64,000 nt of DNA from an uncultured Pseudomonadota bacterium. Lineage in GTDB: Bacteria > Pseudomonadota > Alphaproteobacteria > RF32 > CAG-239. The translations under genes and the position numbers were made by a program. Location of the stretch: NCBI GenBank assembly GCA_949295995.1, contig CASFNK010000064.1:12627-76626 (forward strand), written 5' to 3'. The notes beneath the pieces are model-generated. The model saw only the letters and a program-made list of their open reading frames with translations. It was not told the DNA's origin and made no database searches. This document shows positions 48,192 through 57,860 of this stretch, piece after piece; the stretch's first letter is position 1; each line of letters starts with the position of its first letter.

Positions 48192-49530
48192 TGAGATACT
48201 CCTTAAGAATTTCGGTTTGACGTTTTAGGGATATTTTATGCGTTTGATGATAGTTTGTCCAGATGTAATTGCTGAAATCAAGCCAATCGGCAAAAGTTTT
48301 GAGTGGTTTGGTTTTTTCACGGAAATTGCCGGCATTGTAAAAAATATCAAAATAGCGAGCCAGGCGTTTGATTTGTTGCAGTTCATTATAGCTCATGGTG
48401 GCGGTTTGCATTACCTCATAGGGCGGGTATTTGGAATATATCATCTTTGAGGTTTGGGAATGCCTGTCAATGGGTGCGCCTCTTAGGCGTTTGAGAATGC
48501 CGATTTGTAATTCCTCAGGGTGGGAGGCAAAGAGTTTATCAAAATCTTGGGCAAAAGTGGCAAAGGTTGAAAAAGGCAAACCCGCCACCAAATCAGAGTG
48601 GACGGCGGCACCGGTTTGTTCGCTGATGAATTGCAAATTCTCTAAAGTTTTCTTTTCGTCTTGACGGCGAGAAATCGCCTTGAGCGAGGGTTCATAAAAA
48701 CTTTGAACGCCGGCTTCCAAATGCAGGCCATGTGCGGGAAAGTTTTTTATTTCTTCCAACATGGCGGGGCTTAATTTGTCGGGAAAAATCTCAAAGTGCA
48801 ACATCATGCCTTCTTGTCAGCGCGATTTGAAAAATTCAAGAATGTGTTTAACATTGGCAAATTTGAGGTTGAAAGTGCGGTCAACAAACTTAAATTGCTT
48901 AACGCCGCGGGTGATGAGCGTATCCATCTCTTTTAAGAATTTATCCAGATTAAATTCTCTGACGCCCTTAGAAAGTGAGGAGAGGCAAAACTCACAAGTA
49001 AACGGGCAACCGCGCGTGGCCTCAACATATATCAGGCGGTGGGCAATGTCTTCATCCGAATAGAGATAATAGGGCATTTTGAGCGTGTTGAGGTCGCAGA
49101 TTGGCTCTTCTAAAACCTTTTGTAATGGTAAAATTCCTTGTTGCCAATTCTTTACAAAATGATAGAGCGCGTATTCGCCTTCGCCTTTGATGAGATAATC
49201 GCAATAATTCAAAAAATCATCGTATTCATAAGAGACTTCGGGACCTCCTAAAAACAAAAGGGTTTGCGGGCTGATTGATTTGATGATTTCGGCTACGCGG
49301 AGCTGGTCTTCAATATTCCAAATATAGCAACTCAAGCCGATGATGTCGGCTTGTTGGTTGAGGAGAGCTTCGGCAATTTCTTGCACGGTCGAATCTTTGC
49401 TAAACTCGCAAATTTCGCAACAGTCTTCAAATTCATGCAGGTTGGCTTTGAGGTATCTTAAGCCAAAAGAGGTATGAGAATAGCGGGCGTTAATGGTGGA
49501 GAGAACAATTTTGGGTGCGGCTTGCGACAT
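48163..49530 (-). pseudogene. B12-binding-domain radical SAM protein (DUF4080-type) interrupted by a single in-frame TGA at 48817-48819
   Basis: The N-terminal ORF (48817..49530) has the B12-binding region and the radical SAM motif ATRGCPFTCEFCLSS. The C-terminal ORF (48163..48807) continues the same family (LHFEIFPDKL..GVQSF..). Both are in the same frame: ..ILEFFKSR-TGA-QEGMMLHFEIFP.. Confidence 0.7.
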
Positions 49531-49535
49531 GTTTT

Positions 49536-50702
49536 TTATCCCGCCTGACGACTTTTCATGATTTGCTCGTAGGCGTTATTGATTTCGGCCATTTTCAAAG
49601 TGCAGTTCTCAATTTCTTGCGGAGAGGCGCCGCGGGCTTGGGCGCGGTCGGGGTGATATTGATAGATGAGTTCTTTCCAGCGGCGTTTAATTTCTTTATT
49701 ACTGGCGTTGTAAAAAACACCTAAAACCGCATAATAGTCTTGAATGGTGTCATTGCTGGGTTTGAAAATAAAACGGTCTTTGATGATGATGTAGTTGCCT
49801 TGCGGAAGTTCTATGATGTTGGCAATGTCTTCTAAGATGTCTAATTCATCAGGTAAAATCTCGCCATCGACAATGGCAATTTTGAACAGGTTTTCAATTA
49901 TGCTTTCTTTCATATCCAGATTGTCGAGAGAGAGCATTTTTAATTGCTTGGCATAGGCTTGATAACCTTGTGTGGTTTGCTTGGCATCATTGAAAATGCG
50001 GGCGATTTTGGGATTGCGGTCAGTGGCAAAAAGTTTTTTGAAGGTGCGGATTTCGTTTTCACTGACAATGCCGTCAGCTTTGGAGATTTTGGCGGCTAAA
50101 CCGGCCATGGACTGAACAAAGGCAACGTCTTTGGCTTCTTGTGAGCGAAGGGCTAGTTTGATTGGGTTGACTTTGGACCAGAAGTTGAGAATTGAGCCCA
50201 GTTTTAACTTACTTCTCAAACCGCCTTCCAGCCGAAACGAATCGAAGAAAAAACCTAAAATAACGCCGATAAACAATAGGACTTTGTTTTTAAGCGTAAA
50301 TCCGATTAAGCCACCGGTGATTTTGCCTAAGTTTTTGTTCCAAAAGTCCTCAAAAGAATAACGGAGTTCTTTGCAATTTTTGCAATGTTTGCAGTCAAAT
50401 AAAAAGTGTCCGATAACTCCTAAAACAGCAACGCCTATCCAGCCAAAGGTGAGGCCGCCTAAAACTGCGCCCCAGAGTTTGCCCAAGACTTGGTCTATCA
50501 AATAGTTATAGTAACGATAGAGATGGAAGGGCAACATTAAACGGATGTTGTCGTCAATTTGATTGAGCTTTTGTTTGAGGTAGGTTTTGACTAAGGTGCG
50601 GTCGATTAAAACATGACCTAAAAACATTCCCCAAAAAAAGCCCAAAGCTCCGAAAAGGCGAAGCCCGATAATTGCTAATGTCAGTTTGCCAAGTGGGGTC
50701 AT
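49536..50702 (-). CDS. djlA: DjlA-like membrane co-chaperone (TM region + TerB-like domain + C-terminal J domain)
   Basis: 388 aa. N-terminal TM helices. TerB-like segment (LAAKISKADGIVSENEIRTF.., IAIVDGEILPDELDILEDIA). J domain DYYAVLGV..KRRWKELIYQYHPDR. Confidence 0.75.
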   Translation of the reverse strand: MTPLGKLTLAIIGLRLFGALGFFWGMFLGHVLIDRTLVKTYLKQKLNQIDDNIRLMLPFHLYRYYNYLIDQVLGKLWGAVLGGLTFGWIGVAVLGVIGHFLFDCKHCKNCKELRYSFEDFWNKNLGKITGGLIGFTLKNKVLLFIGVILGFFFDSFRLEGGLRSKLKLGSILNFWSKVNPIKLALRSQEAKDVAFVQSMAGLAAKISKADGIVSENEIRTFKKLFATDRNPKIARIFNDAKQTTQGYQAYAKQLKMLSLDNLDMKESIIENLFKIAIVDGEILPDELDILEDIANIIELPQGNYIIIKDRFIFKPSNDTIQDYYAVLGVFYNASNKEIKRRWKELIYQYHPDRAQARGASPQEIENCTLKMAEINNAYEQIMKSRQAG

Positions 50703-50765
50703 GTCTTTTGCTCTGTTGTTATACCTTTGCTTAATTTATTCGATTTTTGCCAAAAAAGAAAGAGA

Positions 50766-51524
50766 TTATAGGGTTATGGTTGATAACTGCGCCGGAAAGT
50801 CTTTCGGAGTTTGAATTAAGTTTTGATGGCAATTGCGTCGATAGCTGAAATAATTGAGGTCGCCGTAAGTATCAATGTGGGAAGCAGTGATGTTTGTGAT
50901 GCCATAATTTTTAAGGCGAGAGATGATAAAACCCTCGATATCAAACTGAAAATGCTCATTATCTGATTGAGGGGTGAAAAATGAGGCATAAGTTTGATTG
51001 ATGCTGATAAACTGCAAATACATGTCTTTTCGGCACTCGAAAGACTTGGTTTGCAGGCAAGGACCAAGTGCAGCGGCAAGGGTAGATTTTTGTGCGCCAT
51101 ATCGAAGCATTAAATCCAAAGTGTTTTCCAAAATTCCGTTCAAAGCTCCGCGCCAGCCGGCGTGCGCGGCACCGATGACGTGATTTGCTTTATCATAAAA
51201 CAAAACTGGACAGCAATCTGCCGTGTAGAGGCTCAACAAAATCCCTGCTTTGTTGGTTACCATGCCGTCGGCATCGATTTGATAAATCGTGGGAGTGGTG
51301 ATAAAAACCGCTTTATTGCTTATTCCTTCATGAAGCAGGGCAATGTTGTCATAGTCAAGGTCAAACTGTTGGGCGCTTAGAGTGAGGTTAGAAATAATGT
51401 TTTGCTTATTATCCTGACTGGCAAAGGCTGTGTTGCGGCTGGCGTAAAGGCCTTGTGAAATTCCGCCTAAACGATCAAAAAAACAGTGTTTGTTTGCGGG
51501 AATATTGGGAGCCTGATAACTCAT
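50766..51524 (-). CDS. pgeF: Peptidoglycan editing factor PgeF / YfiH (laccase-domain, DUF152) protein
   Basis: ATG 51524 overlaps the deoB TGA (ATGA). Motifs TADCCPVLFYD, GAAHAGWRG, and LGPCLQTKSFEC. The track start 51644 lies inside deoB. Confidence 0.88.
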   Translation of the reverse strand: MSYQAPNIPANKHCFFDRLGGISQGLYASRNTAFASQDNKQNIISNLTLSAQQFDLDYDNIALLHEGISNKAVFITTPTIYQIDADGMVTNKAGILLSLYTADCCPVLFYDKANHVIGAAHAGWRGALNGILENTLDLMLRYGAQKSTLAAALGPCLQTKSFECRKDMYLQFISINQTYASFFTPQSDNEHFQFDIEGFIISRLKNYGITNITASHIDTYGDLNYFSYRRNCHQNLIQTPKDFPAQLSTITL

Positions 51525-52714
51525 TTGAAACTTGTTCCGAATGAAAGCGGTGCAATTTGCAAATAGTCTGTAACGGTTTGTCCTAAGTCGGCATAGGTTT
51601 CTCTTTGTCCTAAATTTTTTGGGGTAATGTTTTGGCCAAAGCACAAGACAGGTACTTGCTCGCGCGTGTGGTCCGTGCCTTTAAATGTCGGGTCGTTGCC
51701 ATGGTCAGCCGTGATAAAACATACGTCATCTTCCCTTAAATGAGGCAAAATATCGGGCAGGCGTGAGTCAAAATATTCCAAAGCCTGAGCGTAGCCTTGA
51801 GGGTTGCGGCGGTGTCCGTAGAGCATATCAAAGTCTTCAAAATTGGTAAAAATCAGGCTGTCGTCAGGTGCTTCCTGCATGGCTTTAAGGGTGGCATCCC
51901 ATAAGTTTGGTAGTTCAGCCGCATGGATGGGATTGGTTATGCCTCGGTGGGCAAAAATATCGTTAATTGCACCTATGGCGTAAACTTGTTTGCCTTGCTC
52001 CTTGAGGCAATCAAGCAAAGTTTTCCCAAAAGGTTGGGCTGCATAGTCTTTGCGATTAGTGGTGCGGGTGAATTCACCAGATTTTTCACCAATAAACGGA
52101 CGAGCAATTACACGACCAATACGATATTCTTGAACATATTTATAGGCAATTTCACAAACCTGATACAATCTTTCAAGTCCAAAATATTTTTCATGGGCGG
52201 CAATTTGGAAACAACTGTCGGCTGAGGTGTAGCAGATTGGTTGATTTGAACGGATGTGTTCTTCGCCCAGCTCTTGAATAATGACGGTGCCGGAGGCGGC
52301 AATGTTCCCTAAAATGCCGCTCAGCTTTGCCTCATGACAGATGTTTTCAATAAGAGCTTGTGGAAAAGACGGATAGTCAGGCTTGAAATGTCCCCAACCT
52401 TGCAGATTGGGAAGACCGGCTAACTCCCAATGGCCGGATACGGTGTCTTTGTCCTTGCTGATTTCTTTCATGTGTCCATAAGCAGAAGGGAGATTGAGCC
52501 GAACCGGAGAAGATGGTTTGAGCTCTGTTTTGAGACCCGATGCGGCAAAGGCTGCTTTCTCCAAACCCAGCGAGAGTAAGTTTGGAATATTTAGGTCGGG
52601 AAAAGTTTGGGCAATGTGCCCAAAGGTGTTAGCTCCCTCGTCGCCAAAAGATTTGGCATCAGGGGCACCGCCTATCCCAAACGAATCCATCATAAAGATA
52701 AGAGCTCTGGTCAT
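51521..52714 (-). CDS. deoB: Phosphopentomutase
   Basis: 397 aa; IFMMDSFGIGGAPDA, VSGHWELAG, FTNFEDFDMLYGHRRN, and TADHGNDPT motifs. Confidence 0.95.
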   Translation of the reverse strand: MTRALIFMMDSFGIGGAPDAKSFGDEGANTFGHIAQTFPDLNIPNLLSLGLEKAAFAASGLKTELKPSSPVRLNLPSAYGHMKEISKDKDTVSGHWELAGLPNLQGWGHFKPDYPSFPQALIENICHEAKLSGILGNIAASGTVIIQELGEEHIRSNQPICYTSADSCFQIAAHEKYFGLERLYQVCEIAYKYVQEYRIGRVIARPFIGEKSGEFTRTTNRKDYAAQPFGKTLLDCLKEQGKQVYAIGAINDIFAHRGITNPIHAAELPNLWDATLKAMQEAPDDSLIFTNFEDFDMLYGHRRNPQGYAQALEYFDSRLPDILPHLREDDVCFITADHGNDPTFKGTDHTREQVPVLCFGQNITPKNLGQRETYADLGQTVTDYLQIAPLSFGTSFK

Positions 52715-52768
52715 TGTTTCCTCCTTGATATTTAAATATCATAGAGCTTAGGCGGAGGATGTCAAGTC

Positions 52769-54361
52769 TCACTCTTTTTCAGGTATAAATGATGGCGAAA
52801 AGAGATTATGTTGCGGCTCCATTTCATCCAGACTTATTCCTGAAAGATAAGGAATCGAGTGAATGAGGTGTTGAGTGTTAAATGGGCGCTCTAAGTAGTG
52901 TGGAAGACGCGATATTAATTTAGGATTGCTTTTTTTATATGCTTTATTGGTCCAAAGCATAAGCGGAATATCATACATTGGCGGAGTGGCGTATTCATCG
53001 CTGTTATGGCAGCGGCAACTATCCGGCGAGGTGGTTATGTCTTCACCATGGTCGCTGAAATAAAGCAAATATGAATCTTCTTTGAGCTTAAACATCTTGG
53101 ATAAAATTTCAGCAATGACTTTGTCGGTGTAACGAATGGTATCATCATAGACATCAACAAATTTTTGTGCCGGGGTGGGCGAATTTAGAGAATAATATTG
53201 TGTGCCTTGGGGTAATCTCCAATCATAAGGACTATGGCTTCCCATGAGGTGAACAAAAATTACCTTGCGGGGTGCTTTATCTTCCAGAGCTTTTTGAATA
53301 TAAGGTAAAAGTTTTTCATCTACGGTATTACCTTTGGTGATGGTTGTGAGGTAATCATTATAATCGTTGATGAAAATTGCTTCTTTAGCATCTTTTCCCA
53401 GCATACCGACGAGATTGTCAAATTTACTTTGCGATAATTGGTTGGAAATCCAAAAGGTTTTGAAGCCTGCCGCATTGAAAATGTTGATGATTGAGCCTTT
53501 ACGAATTCCTTCCATCACTTGGTCGTCATGCGCAAAAGTCAAAACTTTGCGTAAAGAAGGCATGGTTAGGGCGTGTGGCGAGTGAATATTCTGAAAAATG
53601 TAAGGTTTCGGAAACTTTTGAGTGTAAGGAGTGGTGTCTCTTTCATAGCCATACCATGATAAGTGGTCTTTATTGGCTGATTCCCCAATAACAATGATAT
53701 ATGTTTGCGGATAGGTTGCGGCATATTTTGATTTAATTGAGGGAAATTTGGGTATGGTGTGGTTTTGTTTGAGTTTTAAAATTTCATCCCTTATTAAGTT
53801 ATATTCTTTGATTCCTTGTGCCACGCGGTAAGGAAGAAGTTGATAACGATGAAAAATCGTGCTGTGAAATTGTTTGTTCCAAGCAAAGAGACAAGCAATT
53901 ATTCCTAAAATGATAAGTTTTTTGTTTAAGACTTTTGGGGGCTGCGCTATTACCAAATATAAAAATCCCGAAACCCCGCCAAACAAGAGAGCTAAACTGG
54001 TGATGATGATGGAGGGTTTGACAAAGGTGTTGTAAAATTCTTTGGCTTCCTCGGGATTGGAATCTAAAATGACCAAAACAGAACTGGAGTTGAGTGGAAC
54101 ATTAAAAATTAAAGCATGGCAGCATCCGGCCCAATAAATGACGTATAAAGGTATGCTAAATAATATCCATAGTCTGGATAAACGTGGGCAGATAAACCAA
54201 GGAAGCATTAAGCCAAAAGTGCAAATTCCCAGATAAATGCTCCTCTTTATCAGGTGGGTGTGTTCCGTCAGATACAAGTTAAAAAATAGCGGAAGTGCCA
54301 AATATACAAAAAGTATAAGCCAATATGGTTTTATGGCTTTTAGAAAAGCTAATTTAAACAT
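52769..54361 (-). CDS. Phosphoethanolamine transferase (EptA/CptA-like membrane sulfatase-family enzyme)
   Basis: 530 aa. N-terminal TM helices plus a periplasmic sulfatase domain (IVIGESANKDHLSWYGYERDTTP, HLMGSHSPY, YFSDHGE). Confidence 0.85.
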   Translation of the reverse strand: MFKLAFLKAIKPYWLILFVYLALPLFFNLYLTEHTHLIKRSIYLGICTFGLMLPWFICPRLSRLWILFSIPLYVIYWAGCCHALIFNVPLNSSSVLVILDSNPEEAKEFYNTFVKPSIIITSLALLFGGVSGFLYLVIAQPPKVLNKKLIILGIIACLFAWNKQFHSTIFHRYQLLPYRVAQGIKEYNLIRDEILKLKQNHTIPKFPSIKSKYAATYPQTYIIVIGESANKDHLSWYGYERDTTPYTQKFPKPYIFQNIHSPHALTMPSLRKVLTFAHDDQVMEGIRKGSIINIFNAAGFKTFWISNQLSQSKFDNLVGMLGKDAKEAIFINDYNDYLTTITKGNTVDEKLLPYIQKALEDKAPRKVIFVHLMGSHSPYDWRLPQGTQYYSLNSPTPAQKFVDVYDDTIRYTDKVIAEILSKMFKLKEDSYLLYFSDHGEDITTSPDSCRCHNSDEYATPPMYDIPLMLWTNKAYKKSNPKLISRLPHYLERPFNTQHLIHSIPYLSGISLDEMEPQHNLFSPSFIPEKE

Positions 54362-54494
54362 TTATATATACCTATAGATAAAATTCTCAGTTGTTTTTTA
54401 AACTATAGTATATATTTTAAATGTAAATATTAAATGTTGAATTGTTGATATGATATTCTTTGTATGGTTGTATTTACCTCGGGTTTTTTAAGAC

Positions 54495-55805
54495 TTAACT
54501 TATTCTTTCTATGATTTCTGGTGTGTGGTGGGGTTTGCTCGCTTCTATTTGAATTGCTTGTTGGATGTCTTCTGCGGCTTGCTTCCACTCGGCTTGGGTT
54601 TGAGCATGAATATAAGCCAGAGGTGTGTCTTGTTCGATTTTATCACCAATTTGGCAGAAATGGCTAAAGCCTGTTGCAAAATCTAATGTTTGGTCGCTAC
54701 GGGTGCGTCCGCCTTTGAGCTTGATTAAACTCAGGCCAATATCTCGGGTATGCATAGAGGATACATAGCCAGTCGTTTTAGCAAATACCGGTTTGATAAT
54801 GGCGGCTTGCGGTAGGTAAGAATCGTATTTGTCGCAAAAGTCGCTTGATCCGCCGAGAGAAGAAACCATTTGGGCAAATTTTTCAAGCGCGGCACCTGAA
54901 AGCCATGCCTTTTCAAGTTTGGTTCGGGCGGAGGAAATATTTTGAGCCTGCTTGGCATTGACCAATAATTCGGCGCATAGTGCAAGAGTGATTTCAGCTA
55001 ATCTTGGGTCGGGGTTTTTGTTTTGTAAAAATTCAACCGCTTCTTTAACTTCCAGGGCATTGCCGACAGTTGTACCCAAGACTTGATTCATGTCGGTTAG
55101 GAGTGCAGAGGTTTGGGTGCCGGCGGTATTGGCTACCGAAACGATTGAGCGGGCTAATTTTCTCGCATCTTCAAGATTACTCATAAAAGCACCGTTACCG
55201 CATTTCAAATCCATTACCAGATATTCTAATCCGGCGGCTAATTTTTTGGAAAGAATCGAAGCGGTTATCAACTCAACAGATTCAACCGTGCCGCAAACGT
55301 CTCGAATAGCATAGATTTTTTTATCCGCCGGTGCCAGATTACCTGTTTGTCCAATGATGGCACAGCCAACCTCTTTGACTGTTTGGCGAAATTTTTCATT
55401 TGAGGGCGAGGTTTGATATCCCGGTATGGAATCAAATTTATCCAATGTGCCGCCGGTGTGTCCTAGACCACGACCCGATATCATCGGAACATAAACGTCG
55501 CAACATGCCAAAAGTGGTGCTAACATAAGGCTGACTTTATCGCCGACACCGCCGGAAGAGTGCTTGTCAACGATTGGTTTGTCAAACCCACGCCATTGCA
55601 TGACATCACCCGAATCCCGCATGGCAAGTGTCAGGGCGGCGGTTTCTTCCGCATTCATACCTTTTAAGAATATGGCCATGGTGAGAGCCGCGGTTTGGGC
55701 ATCCATAATCGACCCATCGGTAACCCCTTGGATAAATTCTGAAATTTCTGCGGTGGTGAGAGTTTGACCGTCGCGCTTTTGGCGGATGATTTCTTGAGGC
55801 AGCAT
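54495..55805 (-). CDS. deoA: Thymidine phosphorylase
   Basis: 436 aa; MLPQEIIRQKRDG, DKHSSGGVGDK, and SGRGLGHTGGTLDK motifs. Confidence 0.95.
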   Translation of the reverse strand: MLPQEIIRQKRDGQTLTTAEISEFIQGVTDGSIMDAQTAALTMAIFLKGMNAEETAALTLAMRDSGDVMQWRGFDKPIVDKHSSGGVGDKVSLMLAPLLACCDVYVPMISGRGLGHTGGTLDKFDSIPGYQTSPSNEKFRQTVKEVGCAIIGQTGNLAPADKKIYAIRDVCGTVESVELITASILSKKLAAGLEYLVMDLKCGNGAFMSNLEDARKLARSIVSVANTAGTQTSALLTDMNQVLGTTVGNALEVKEAVEFLQNKNPDPRLAEITLALCAELLVNAKQAQNISSARTKLEKAWLSGAALEKFAQMVSSLGGSSDFCDKYDSYLPQAAIIKPVFAKTTGYVSSMHTRDIGLSLIKLKGGRTRSDQTLDFATGFSHFCQIGDKIEQDTPLAYIHAQTQAEWKQAAEDIQQAIQIEASKPHHTPEIIERIS

Positions 55806-55806
55806 A

Positions 55807-56541
55807 TTAGTATCCTTGTTTGATGGTTTGAATTAAATTATCCAGCAACGAGCTGGCGCCAATGCGAAATCTTTCGGGATTAATCCACGGATTGCCTAAA
55901 ATGGTTTGAGTTAAAACCAGATATTTTTTTGCGTCTTCTATGGTTTTAATTCCGCCGCTGGCTTTGAAACCGGCTTTGCGGCGAGAGGCGGCTATCGTTT
56001 CTAAAATAGCATTGGCGGCCTCGGGGGTAGCTGAAATTTCAGTTTTGCCGGTGGAGGTTTTGATAAAATCAACGCCATAATTGAGGCATAATGCCGTAGC
56101 TTCCGAAATGCGTGAAGTGGTTTTTAAGATTCCTGTTTCTAAAATGATTTTGGAGGTGTGTTCTCCACATAAATCCGTCGTGATTTTGAGAAATTCATCG
56201 CAGTTTTTCAGATTGCCTTGTAAAAAATCATTATAAGGGAAAACGGCGTCAATTTCATCTGCTCCGTTTTTAAGTGCTTGGGTGATTTCGGTCTTGAGCT
56301 TTTTGAAATCAGATAATCCTTGCGGAAAATTAACCACAGTAGCAATTTTGACAGGGGTATCTTTTAATTTTTTTTTGGCAAGAGGAACAAATTTAGACCA
56401 TACACAAACGGCAGCTACAGCTCCGTAAGGGGTATCTGCTTTTTCACAGAGGGTTTCTACTTGATATTCGCTGTCATGGTCGCCAAGAGAGGTTAAATCC
56501 AGACAACTGATTAAAATTTTGGCGGCGGTAACATCATCCAT
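55807..56541 (-). CDS. deoC: Deoxyribose-phosphate aldolase
   Basis: 244 aa; Schiff-base lysine context VDFIKTSTGK and FKASGGI. Confidence 0.92.
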   Translation of the reverse strand: MDDVTAAKILISCLDLTSLGDHDSEYQVETLCEKADTPYGAVAAVCVWSKFVPLAKKKLKDTPVKIATVVNFPQGLSDFKKLKTEITQALKNGADEIDAVFPYNDFLQGNLKNCDEFLKITTDLCGEHTSKIILETGILKTTSRISEATALCLNYGVDFIKTSTGKTEISATPEAANAILETIAASRRKAGFKASGGIKTIEDAKKYLVLTQTILGNPWINPERFRIGASSLLDNLIQTIKQGY

Positions 56542-57349
56542 TGTTTATCTCCTTGAGAAAAGCTGTTATCAGTCGGCTTAAATTTTGAGCGGCTTTTTCT
56601 CCTTCCGCCAGTGTTTCTTCATGGCTGGGAGAGATTTTTTGCAGACCGGTTCCGTAATTGGTGATGACGGAAATGCCTAAAACTTTCATTCCCGAATGCA
56701 CGGCGCATATTACTTCTGGAACGGTGGACATTCCAACAGCATCGGCACCTAATGTTTGAAACATTTTGATCTCAGCTTTGGTTTCAAAAGTGGGACCTAA
56801 TGTCCACAAATAAACACCTTGTTTGAGTTTGATTTTTAGGGATTTGGCAATAGAGAGAGCCTTTTTTTGATAGTCAAGCGTGTAGGCGTCAGCTAACCCC
56901 GGAAAACGAGGACCAAAACGCTCATCATTGGGACCAATAAGGGGGTTGGTACCGCTTAAGTTAATATGGTCGGTGATTAGCATCAAATCTCCGGGCGCGA
57001 TTTTTTTTCTTAAAGAGCCTGCTGCGTTGGTAACAATTAAACTTTTGATGCCTAATAGCTGAAAAGCCTTAATAATGGTGTTTATGAGTTGCGGAGAATA
57101 ACCCTCATACAGATGAAAGCGTCCTTGCATGCACAAAACTTCTTGTCCGGCAAGGCGTCCGACAATAAGGCGTCCTCCGTGGCCTTGAACGGTACTGCGC
57201 GGAAAGCCGTTAATATCGGTGTAATTAATTGAGACGGCATCTTGTATCGAATCTGCAAGTGAGCCTAAGCCTGAGCCTAAAATCAGAGCAATTTGCGGAC
57301 GGAAATTGCCTATGCGGGTGCGAATTTGGGCTGCTATTTGGTGCATCAT
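56534..57349 (-). CDS. punA: Purine nucleoside phosphorylase (trimeric PNP-I family)
   Basis: 271 aa; ILGSGLG, GRFHLYEGY, VTNAAG, and VGMSTVPEV motifs. Confidence 0.9.
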   Translation of the reverse strand: MMHQIAAQIRTRIGNFRPQIALILGSGLGSLADSIQDAVSINYTDINGFPRSTVQGHGGRLIVGRLAGQEVLCMQGRFHLYEGYSPQLINTIIKAFQLLGIKSLIVTNAAGSLRKKIAPGDLMLITDHINLSGTNPLIGPNDERFGPRFPGLADAYTLDYQKKALSIAKSLKIKLKQGVYLWTLGPTFETKAEIKMFQTLGADAVGMSTVPEVICAVHSGMKVLGISVITNYGTGLQKISPSHEETLAEGEKAAQNLSRLITAFLKEINNG

Positions 57350-57747
57350 TTCAAAAGCTCCTTGGCGGTGAAAGTTGCAGGAAAAATTTTTGATAAGGGA
57401 AGCGTTTGTTTTACGCCTTCCATATCTGCTAAATGGATGAGTGTGTCGGGTATTGAGAACTCAGCTATTCTTTGTAGGCAAGCACCGCAAGGCAGAATGA
57501 GCGGAGAGCTGTCGGCAATGACCAAAATTTCTTGTATCTTCTTATCTCCTCCCGCAATCATTGCTGCAATGGCTCCGGCTTCGGCGCAAGTACCGCAGGG
57601 GTAAGAGATGTTTTCTACATTACAACCGGCATAAATTTTTCCGCTTGCGCTTAAAATAGCAGAACCAACCTTGAAACCGGAGTAAGGTGCGTAGGCGTGT
57701 TCTCTTGCCTCTTGTGCTTGGTGGTATAAATCTTTAAGCTCTTCCAT
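57346..57747 (-). CDS. cdd: Cytidine deaminase
   Basis: 133 aa; zinc motifs CAEAGAI and PCGACLQ. Confidence 0.93.
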   Translation of the reverse strand: MEELKDLYHQAQEAREHAYAPYSGFKVGSAILSASGKIYAGCNVENISYPCGTCAEAGAIAAMIAGGDKKIQEILVIADSSPLILPCGACLQRIAEFSIPDTLIHLADMEGVKQTLPLSKIFPATFTAKELLK

Positions 57748-57860
57748 CTTGCAAAAAATCCTTAAAAGTTTTATTAATGATTATGTGCTTATAATAGCAA
57801 ATATTATAAAAATTTAGCAAAGATTATTTTATCTGTTCACATTTTTCGAGGGGAATAAAC

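Noticed and set aside
48817-48819. TGA reassignment (genetic code 4 or 25) or selenocysteine as the explanation for the in-frame TGA in the radical SAM gene.
   Set aside because: TGA ends rplD (988-990), the first CHR gene (34982-34984) and deoB (51521-51523) exactly where the conserved proteins should end, so it is a normal stop here. No convincing SECIS-like stem-loop follows the TGA, and no Sec machinery is visible. Residual read-through cannot be excluded.
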